Positions 18,063 to 26,099 of a stretch of 64,000 bases of DNA are shown in pieces. The first letter of the stretch is position 1. Every line of letters starts with the position of its first letter. The notes below the pieces were generated by a model that saw only the letters and a list, made by a program, of their open reading frames with translations, had not been told where the DNA came from and searched no databases. Source of the stretch: a virus; IMG/VR virus record IMGVR_UViG_3300036760_000150, positions 1 through 64,000 of that record; one strand, written 5' to 3'. Position numbers and translations under genes: made by a program.

Positions 18063-19655
18063 ATGATGGCTAACCTGACACAAGAGCAGATACTTAGACG
18101 GTTCCTCAACCCTGCCATAAAAGGTAAGTTCGTCACCGCCGTCCTAAGGAGCATAGCCACTGGCGACGAGTTCAACGCCCAGAACGTGTTGGCCGTCAAG
18201 GACCAGGTGTTCATGGCTACCGCCACAGGCACTTACCTGGACAAACTCCTGTCTCAGATCGGTATAGTAAGGCCTTCTCAGACTGGCATCGACGACGACA
18301 CACTCCGTGACCTCGCCATCGCACAGACCAACACCAAGCTGGTCACCAACATATTCCTACAGGTCCTTGAGGCGTTCTACGGCAAAGATGCTGTTTCTTC
18401 AAACATGCTCAGCTCTGTAGCTGAGACGTACGCCTTAGAAGACGGGATGCAGCTTGTGGTGGAGGTGGATGACAACCCTAAGTTGTTGACCGTCACATTC
18501 CATGCTGCAGACTTCTCAAGCATAGCGGCAGCAAAAGCTATCGAAGTTGCAAACGTCATCTCGCGAGCATCTATCAACCAAGGTTACACATTGACGTCTG
18601 ACGAGTTCCTAGACAACATAACCGGCGACAAGTACGTCCAGCTGCTGTCAGGCACACGTGGCCCCAAGTCATCTATAAGAGTTCGAGGTGGTGAAGCTCA
18701 GAATATACTTCGCTTCTCGACCATACTACCCACCACCCAAGATGTAGGAACCCAGTTCACGATGTCCATCTCGGGCGGCAACGTAAGGTTCACGTGGACT
18801 TCAGGTGCAGACCCTGGCATAGGTATCGTCGAGGTTGACGACTACGTCAACATATTCGGGTCAGGTTTTGACCCAAACAACAGGGGAACATTTCCTATTC
18901 GGGTCATACAGAGTGGTGCAGTTGGCAACTCATACTTCGAGGTGGAGAACCCGAACTTCACAGCCCAATCTCCGGTGACCCTAGGCACAGTCGACGACGT
19001 CTTGTTCTTCGACCCTACCAGGGTCACATTAAACAACCTTGTCAGGAAGGCGTCTGTGTACGAGGTCAACCCGTACGAGATCGTTGTACTTCTGCCGGTC
19101 ACAACCAAGATAGTAAAACGTCAGCTTATCGGGTCAGCACACCTCAACCCATCTGTGGTGGGAAGCATCTTTCCAGGACCTTACCTCTACAGTCCTAGGT
19201 CAGGGTTTGGCATATCAGGCATGCAGACCAACCTGACCCAAGACATACTAGCTGGTCAGGTGTACAGCGTGGTGAACGTGCAGGACTCGTCTAGGTTCCC
19301 AGACTCAGAAGGCCACCTCGTGTTCGAGTACGGGTACGACCAGCAGGAAGGTCCTGTCAGGTACTTCGGCAGGTCGTCAAGCTCAAGCCTGCTCTTAGAT
19401 CCATCTTACAAGTTCAAGAAGGACCACGACCAGAACACGCAGGTCAACTTAGTGAACAGTGTGGCGCCGATCAAGGTAAGTCAGGACGGTAGTGACTACC
19501 CTCTGTACCTCACAGACAGTATAGTAGGTCGGATCGAGGCTGAGAACATGATAAGGACGCTCACGGCCTCCGGCGTGTTCTTGAACGTCATAGTAGTAGT
19601 TCCTGATGGAACTGGGTTGAATGATGTTAATTTTGTCTATGGAGTCACAGAATGA
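18063..19655 (+). CDS. Baseplate wedge subunit (gpI/gp7-like)
   Basis: TATGTYLDKL...GIVRP...DDDTLR motif; C-terminal ASGVFLNV; follows baseplate J. Confidence 0.7.
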   Translation: MMANLTQEQILRRFLNPAIKGKFVTAVLRSIATGDEFNAQNVLAVKDQVFMATATGTYLDKLLSQIGIVRPSQTGIDDDTLRDLAIAQTNTKLVTNIFLQVLEAFYGKDAVSSNMLSSVAETYALEDGMQLVVEVDDNPKLLTVTFHAADFSSIAAAKAIEVANVISRASINQGYTLTSDEFLDNITGDKYVQLLSGTRGPKSSIRVRGGEAQNILRFSTILPTTQDVGTQFTMSISGGNVRFTWTSGADPGIGIVEVDDYVNIFGSGFDPNNRGTFPIRVIQSGAVGNSYFEVENPNFTAQSPVTLGTVDDVLFFDPTRVTLNNLVRKASVYEVNPYEIVVLLPVTTKIVKRQLIGSAHLNPSVVGSIFPGPYLYSPRSGFGISGMQTNLTQDILAGQVYSVVNVQDSSRFPDSEGHLVFEYGYDQQEGPVRYFGRSSSSSLLLDPSYKFKKDHDQNTQVNLVNSVAPIKVSQDGSDYPLYLTDSIVGRIEAENMIRTLTASGVFLNVIVVVPDGTGLNDVNFVYGVTE

Positions 19656-20089
19656 GCGGCGATATACTCCATGGAGCTGGTGTCATAGTAAAAGTCAACA
19701 AAGGGGTGATAGGTTTCGCCACCGGTATCACATACAGTCGTGACCAAGGTATCAAACCTATATACGAGGTGGACAACCCGTTCCCAGCTGAGATCACGCC
19801 AACCAGGTACCTGGTGGCTGGTGCCCTAGCTGGTTTCAGGCTCAGCAACAGTGGAGGGCTTGACGGCCAAGGTGTCATGGACCTGTCCAACGTGGCTAAC
19901 TTCTTCACGCAGAAGTACGTGACACTTGAGATAGTGGACAGGAAGACTAACCTGCCGTTGTTCTACGTAAATCGATGTTTGTTCGACAAAGACTCCTGGC
20001 GCACCGAGGTGAAGCAGATAGTGACGTTCACCGTCAACTTCCTGGGCATATGGGCCAGCAACGAGATCTCGACAGACTCGGCTGGGTAA
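19652..20089 (+). CDS. Tail-tube-like protein
   Basis: 145 aa, IGFATGITY...IYEVDNPFPAEITP tube-fold pattern. Confidence 0.6.
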   Translation: MSGDILHGAGVIVKVNKGVIGFATGITYSRDQGIKPIYEVDNPFPAEITPTRYLVAGALAGFRLSNSGGLDGQGVMDLSNVANFFTQKYVTLEIVDRKTNLPLFYVNRCLFDKDSWRTEVKQIVTFTVNFLGIWASNEISTDSAG

Positions 20090-20125
20090 AAATATATGAA
20101 TAAAATCAAACACATGAGTCATACT

Positions 20126-20144
20126 CTTAATCTTATACGTACCC
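20126..20144 (+). promoter_or_regulatory. Putative late promoter motif, copy 3
   Basis: CTTAATCTT-N4-GTACCC upstream of the fibre genes. Confidence 0.6.
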
Positions 20145-20183
20145 TCCTCAGCCCACCTCCCTCGTTCATTATATGGAAAAACG

Positions 20184-20489
20184 ATGAAGAAACACGATCT
20201 TAAGAGAGAAATTGATAAGCTTAGAAAGCATGTCAGCACACTTAGGGCCAAGTTGGCAATTTTGAGGTCTTCTCAGCCAGTATTTACACCATCGATATTC
20301 AATGCGCCAACTGCTTGTTTGCATGAATATCCAAATCATCAATTTGGTATACATTCTACATGCATCAAGTGTGGCGTTCCAATGTTGTATACGCTTGCTA
20401 AAGCGATCAGCGAAGATAGCACTTATAACGCCACAACAGTCAGTCATCCTAACATAGACTTGATCAACAACGCCTGTGGAGCTGTCTGA
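20184..20489 (+). CDS. Hypothetical protein (coiled coil + Cys/His knuckle)
   Basis: 101 aa, CLH...CIKC; more AT-rich than neighbours; 1-bp overlap with the next gene. Confidence 0.55.
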   Translation: MKKHDLKREIDKLRKHVSTLRAKLAILRSSQPVFTPSIFNAPTACLHEYPNHQFGIHSTCIKCGVPMLYTLAKAISEDSTYNATTVSHPNIDLINNACGAV

Positions 20490-23400
20490 TGAGCGTAAAG
20501 CGGAGATTTAATTTTTTAGGTCAAGCCAGAGTCGATTTACCACACATGATAATGGTGGAAGACTCCATCCTCTTCGATTGGAAGTCCTTGTGGAACATGT
20601 TCACAGGCGACACCCCATACGTGCTCAGTGGCTTCACACTTGCCACACCTTGGAGTGCGGGCAGCCCTGCCAACTCCTTGCAGGTTGTCGTCGACAACGC
20701 AGCAGTTGTCATACCCACAGATGCAAATGGTAGCTACCTAGTTGTACCTTCTGGCACGCCGAACGAGCAGTTAAACTCGGCCAACAACAAGGTAACTGGA
20801 AGTTTCACCCCTAGCACGATCAACTACGTAGCTATCAAGTTCAACAGAAATGCTGATAGTGGGACCAACGACCTAGTAGCTTTCTGGGACGAAGACGCGA
20901 AGGTAGAGTTCACAAAGACTGTACCACTCGGTTTGATATTAAACTACCAGTTCGTGGTCAACACCACTGGTTTCGGCACAAACTCCCCTATCTGTAAGGT
21001 ACAGACAGATGCCTTCAACAACATCGTAGAGATCACCAACAGCAAGCAGGGTTTGTTTAGGCTTGGCAGTGGTGGATCAACACCTGACCCAAACCACGAG
21101 TGGTCGTACACCACCGCCACCGAGAACCCTCTCACAGCCACCTCATCGTCAAGTGATCCTTTTGTTGGTGGTGACTGGGATATAACTAGGTTCAAGGAGT
21201 GGATGGACGCGGTCATGACCGCGATCAAGCAGATCAGGAACTCCGCTTACTGGTACCTGTCAGGGTCATCTCTTACGCCTGGCGTCAACTTGCCAGACCT
21301 GTTCTTCGATGCTGCAGCATCTGTCATCACAGGTGAAGGGTCTTTCTCTAGCGACCTAGCCACATCTGGTCAGCTGTCGTGGACATCTGACGTGTACATA
21401 AGAGCCATCATAGGCCCTCAGTACTTCAGGCTGCTTCAGTCGTCTAGCCCAGCTCTGCTGACAGACGAGCAGGTAGCGTACATAGAGTTACAGAGAAACA
21501 TAGTACTTCAGTCTGGGGCAAACTTCACGTTCACCAACGGCTCCCCCACAGTCACCTGCTCGGTCACCATAACAGACGCGTTGATCGTAGCTGGCAACTG
21601 GATCAAAGCCAACGTCGATGGATCTCAGTACTGGGCCTTGATACTGTCTGTTGCTGGCAGCACCGTCACTTTGACAGACAACTACGCAGGCCCGAACTCT
21701 ATAGATAAGGCCGTCGGAGCAGTGCGAGACTACTCTGTCCAGGTCAATGACCCAGTAGATGTCACCAACTCAAGCAACACCTTCTGGATCGCCAAACGAG
21801 ACGATCTCGCTCCTGCGCCTGCAACCATAACAGCAGCTGACAGGGTAAGCAACATAGTGACCATAACCACGTCGTCCCCACATGGGTTGTCGGCTGGCAT
21901 GATGGTCATAGTGTCTGGTGTCACCGACTCTTCTTTCGACGGTACGTTCGAGATCAAAGACACACCGTTGATCACGACCTTCAGGTACGACCAGACAGGT
22001 GCTGATGCATCTAGCTCTGGTGGAACTGCGACAAAAGGTGCAGTCATATACCTCAGAAGTCTGGCAGAGCTGGAGCAAGGTGAGAGTAGATCCATAGACG
22101 ACAACACCACCCAGAACATCATCGACTACATAGGTGCTCAAGCAGAGGAAGACAGTACTCCTCTGTACTCAACTGCGTTCGGTTCATACACAGCCAACAG
22201 GTACCTGGTAGACGCTGAGAATCTCACTAAGGGTGAGAAGAGACTTGACATAGCTCTAGGCGAGTCGGTCGACAGGTCAAACCAGGATAGAAACATCAAA
22301 CTGATAAAAGGCGGCACCTGGAGCTTCAACGGTGGCACAGACACGTTGACCTGGTCTGAGGATGCATACATACAGGTTCCTGGGCAAGACAACAACAGGA
22401 ACACTATAGTCGCAGGGTCAGTTGTACTGGCCGACGACGAGGTCGCATACGTTGAGATCCATAGAGACGCTGGTATAGCTGACAACCTAACCGTCAATGT
22501 TGCCAACATCGACTCAGTCGTTATGACGGATAACCTAGTCATCTTCGCTAGAAGGTTCGTGACGTCTAACTTGGTGGCGCAACAACCTGTAGACAACGCT
22601 GGCCAAGCTTTAAACGCAACGACAACTCAAGCGTGGGCCAACCCATTTGTCGTGGCAAGTCCTACCACGATCACAGACGTAGAGTTCAGACTCTTAAGAA
22701 CAGGGTCGCCTTCTGGTAACATCACAGTCGGCATACAAGGAGACAGTGCTGGTGACCCAGACGGTGTGTACATAGTCTCGACAACCATACTTGCAAGCAG
22801 CGTTACATTATCACCTGGTGAGAGCACATATCATATCACTACACCGACACCAGTCGTAGCTGGCACATACCACCTGGTGGCCACATCGGATGCTACCTAT
22901 AAGGCGTCTTACACAGTCTTCAACTCCATATCTATAAAACATGATGTGTCAACCGTCACTCCTCCTCTTGAAGAGAGATTCAACGGTACGTCGTGGTTCG
23001 ATCAGCCTGCAGGCGCCTTGTACTTCATCATACTACAAGATGGTGTAGACGAAGTTCTTGTTGGATCTCACTCGTTCAGACTCATAGATGGCGAGTCTAA
23101 AGAGCTTGATGCTGGTCTCTCAGTAGAGAACAGAGCGTACATAGGTATCGCAGATGAGTCAGACAACGACCCCAACTACACATCATCATCAACAGGGTCT
23201 CTTGCTCTTCCTAACTACAACACCACCAACGGTGAGAGTCTAACTACCAGGGCTGCTAAGCTTACTGCTATGTTGGCAGATATCAGGCAAGACCTGAACA
23301 TAGATTTCGACCCTGGCACTGTAGTGTGGACTGGGACCAACGTCACTGTAACTGGTGCACAGCTGTCGATACCGGGTACGACTGTTGGAGCTGCTCCAGT

Positions 23401-23578
23401 CTCTGTCAACACCTTTGGACCTGCAGCTCTTGCCACCAACAGCTGTCTGTACGTAGATATCAGCAGGACATCTGGTTCTGCCCTGACCTTAGCCTCTTCC
23501 ACATTGTCAGCCTTGACACCTTCACAGCAACGACTTGTGTTAGTGAAGAATATCGGTGGAAGTTTACTGGTAAGATGA
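20489..23578 (+). CDS. Baseplate-attached tail fibre or adaptor protein
   Basis: 1029 aa, T/S/G-rich beta domains, internal repeats, E1-FCCH-like module. Confidence 0.7.
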   Translation: MSVKRRFNFLGQARVDLPHMIMVEDSILFDWKSLWNMFTGDTPYVLSGFTLATPWSAGSPANSLQVVVDNAAVVIPTDANGSYLVVPSGTPNEQLNSANNKVTGSFTPSTINYVAIKFNRNADSGTNDLVAFWDEDAKVEFTKTVPLGLILNYQFVVNTTGFGTNSPICKVQTDAFNNIVEITNSKQGLFRLGSGGSTPDPNHEWSYTTATENPLTATSSSSDPFVGGDWDITRFKEWMDAVMTAIKQIRNSAYWYLSGSSLTPGVNLPDLFFDAAASVITGEGSFSSDLATSGQLSWTSDVYIRAIIGPQYFRLLQSSSPALLTDEQVAYIELQRNIVLQSGANFTFTNGSPTVTCSVTITDALIVAGNWIKANVDGSQYWALILSVAGSTVTLTDNYAGPNSIDKAVGAVRDYSVQVNDPVDVTNSSNTFWIAKRDDLAPAPATITAADRVSNIVTITTSSPHGLSAGMMVIVSGVTDSSFDGTFEIKDTPLITTFRYDQTGADASSSGGTATKGAVIYLRSLAELEQGESRSIDDNTTQNIIDYIGAQAEEDSTPLYSTAFGSYTANRYLVDAENLTKGEKRLDIALGESVDRSNQDRNIKLIKGGTWSFNGGTDTLTWSEDAYIQVPGQDNNRNTIVAGSVVLADDEVAYVEIHRDAGIADNLTVNVANIDSVVMTDNLVIFARRFVTSNLVAQQPVDNAGQALNATTTQAWANPFVVASPTTITDVEFRLLRTGSPSGNITVGIQGDSAGDPDGVYIVSTTILASSVTLSPGESTYHITTPTPVVAGTYHLVATSDATYKASYTVFNSISIKHDVSTVTPPLEERFNGTSWFDQPAGALYFIILQDGVDEVLVGSHSFRLIDGESKELDAGLSVENRAYIGIADESDNDPNYTSSSTGSLALPNYNTTNGESLTTRAAKLTAMLADIRQDLNIDFDPGTVVWTGTNVTVTGAQLSIPGTTVGAAPVSVNTFGPAALATNSCLYVDISRTSGSALTLASSTLSALTPSQQRLVLVKNIGGSLLVR

Positions 23579-23579
23579 C

Positions 23580-26060
23580 ATGAAGAAGATACTGTCTAGT
23601 TCAATAGTAAAGAACCCAACAGATCTGCAGAAAGGTGCCGCCACCCATCATGTGGAGGACCGGTCTGCATACCTACGGTCTAACTCGGTTGTCACATGGT
23701 CTGGCACACAGCTGTCCTTCACCACTGACATCGTGCTGGAGATCATCAACACATTGTCTGGAACTACAAGTACACACACGATACTAACTGCCAACAGCCC
23801 TATATCTCTGAACAACAACGAGAGTCTGTGGGTGTCCATAGATAGAACGCAGACTAGCGAGAACTTGACCCCCAAGTTATCAGATACAGATCCTATACCT
23901 GCACAGAGTGATGCTAACGGATCTGTCTTCATACTTGCCAAACGTATCGACGTGTCAGGTATAGGTTACCTACATCTGCCATTCTCCAAGCAGGTCTTGA
24001 ACCAAGGACAGGCTGTAAGGTTAGGGGCAAGTGGGTCTAGCAGCGGCACAAGCGATGGCATAAATCTTGTTCCTTTAGATTCTAATTTTCAACCAAACAA
24101 GACGACCAACTCAGACGCTGAGATAAGTGTAGGAGATTGGGCTGCATATGCTGACGCTGCAGCCACTTTCCCTGTAGACATGACTGGAGGATCGCCAAAT
24201 ACTACAATTGTAAGGTCAACTTCGTCACCTCTAAATGGTGCAGCACACTTTTTGATGACTATTAACTCAGGAGCATCAAGACAGGGAGAAGGCGTAAGTT
24301 GTGTCATCAATATTCCTAGAGCCTACCGAGGTAGGATGCTGGCGTTTACGTTTCCATTCCAGGCAACAGGCACGTTGGTTGAAGATGATTTTCGACTGTT
24401 CGCTTATGACATTACGAACTCAGTAGTCATTACGCCTTTCAGCGCCAACAAAATCCTGGGAGCTGAAGGTATGGCGTTGGCCTTGTTCCCTGTTGCCACC
24501 AACACGGCTTCTGTGCGTGTCGGCATACACATAGCAAGGACATCAACGGCAGCTGCCACCATACTGTTCGATGATGTGGTCGTGAGTCCACACATACCTG
24601 TTGTCGGTGTAGCAGGTAGTGATCTAATCGCTTATACGCCTACCTTTGCTAACTTAGGCACCACAAGCAACGTAGCTTTCTGGTGGCGCAGAGATGGCGA
24701 CATGATGGAGATCTTTGGTTACCTCACTGTTGGTACCACAGCAGCGACGCAAGCAAGTTTCACATTACCAACAGGATTCTCGCTGGAGTCAGCGAAGATA
24801 TCTCCAACCAATGCGGTCAACAACGCTGGGCCAGTGTGGGGTGACTGGTACCTGAACGGCAACAACGACCACAATGGTGCCATAGTGTCGGCGACTGGTA
24901 CCAGCACAAGTGTTTTGTACTTTGGATTTGTACCTTCTGCTGCAGGCTTGAACCCTCAGAATGGTACTGTCATAGCAACCAGTGGCAACTCAATAGGCTT
25001 GAAAGCTAAGGTGCCCATATCAGGTTGGTCGTCCAACGTGACGATGAGTCAGAGTTCCACATTCTTCATATCTAATGCTATAGCTAGTGGTACTCGTGTT
25101 ACGACGGCGCCTACAATATTGGGTGAATACCGAACTACCATTAAAAATAACGCTGCTACTACTACGGCAGATAACGCACCGGCTGCTTCACCGTCAACCT
25201 CAGACGGCATGCGTATATATTCTACAAGTGGTAGCGGTGCTGGTACATCTGGTCAAACAAATAGATGGGATATTTTTGTAGGTAAAAATAAAAACGTATT
25301 CTTTCAATTTTACAGTGGTACCGATAAAACTGGAGAAATCGATACTGATTATTTTAGTGATTCTGCTAGTGGAGACGAAGCTGGTCTATATTCTATATAC
25401 GATCCTGTTACTGGTATTGCATCTGTATATTTACCAATACTTAGTTCCGCAGCCAATAGATCTGTTGGTAGATCGTATTCAGGGATCGTAGCTTCTGGTG
25501 GATCAGCCTCAGATTGTTACTTCGACATCAAGGTATCTGAGAATGCTCTAGCGGTGCAGCAACAACAAATATTTGGATCTATTATAGGTTCCTCGTATTC
25601 CCAAGTTCAGGGTCCAGTAGCACTAACTACTGGAATACCTACCGATAATACTATTCCTCAAAGCGGTGAAGGAAACGAAATCTTGACGGCATCTTACACA
25701 CCTAAGATGATTGGTAGTAAACTGATCATTACGGCGTCCGCAACCGGATCAGAAGATACAAATGTGACGAACAACTTTGTTATGGCTCTATTCAAAGACT
25801 CAGATGCAGATGCTCTAGCTGCCGATGCTTATCCTAGGACTGGCAACGGATCAGGTCTGGATGGTGGAAGAGTTCATGTCTCATACGAGCATACGGTCAG
25901 CTCGTTCTCTACCATAACATTTAAGATCAGAGTTGGCGGCGGCGGGTCTGGCGCGAAGGCTGCCACATTAAACGTGATTTATGATAACTCGGCAACCTCA
26001 TTTAACCTAGGTAGCACCATAACTTCATGGCTTAGGGTAGAAGAGATAGCACAAGTTTAG
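23580..26060 (+). CDS. Tail fibre / receptor-binding protein
   Basis: 826 aa, mosaic beta domains; N-terminus shares a repeat with the upstream fibre. Confidence 0.7.
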   Translation: MKKILSSSIVKNPTDLQKGAATHHVEDRSAYLRSNSVVTWSGTQLSFTTDIVLEIINTLSGTTSTHTILTANSPISLNNNESLWVSIDRTQTSENLTPKLSDTDPIPAQSDANGSVFILAKRIDVSGIGYLHLPFSKQVLNQGQAVRLGASGSSSGTSDGINLVPLDSNFQPNKTTNSDAEISVGDWAAYADAAATFPVDMTGGSPNTTIVRSTSSPLNGAAHFLMTINSGASRQGEGVSCVINIPRAYRGRMLAFTFPFQATGTLVEDDFRLFAYDITNSVVITPFSANKILGAEGMALALFPVATNTASVRVGIHIARTSTAAATILFDDVVVSPHIPVVGVAGSDLIAYTPTFANLGTTSNVAFWWRRDGDMMEIFGYLTVGTTAATQASFTLPTGFSLESAKISPTNAVNNAGPVWGDWYLNGNNDHNGAIVSATGTSTSVLYFGFVPSAAGLNPQNGTVIATSGNSIGLKAKVPISGWSSNVTMSQSSTFFISNAIASGTRVTTAPTILGEYRTTIKNNAATTTADNAPAASPSTSDGMRIYSTSGSGAGTSGQTNRWDIFVGKNKNVFFQFYSGTDKTGEIDTDYFSDSASGDEAGLYSIYDPVTGIASVYLPILSSAANRSVGRSYSGIVASGGSASDCYFDIKVSENALAVQQQQIFGSIIGSSYSQVQGPVALTTGIPTDNTIPQSGEGNEILTASYTPKMIGSKLIITASATGSEDTNVTNNFVMALFKDSDADALAADAYPRTGNGSGLDGGRVHVSYEHTVSSFSTITFKIRVGGGGSGAKAATLNVIYDNSATSFNLGSTITSWLRVEEIAQV

Positions 26061-26099
26061 ACAAAAAAAGTATTTTAACAAGGGGATATGAGGTAGTAC

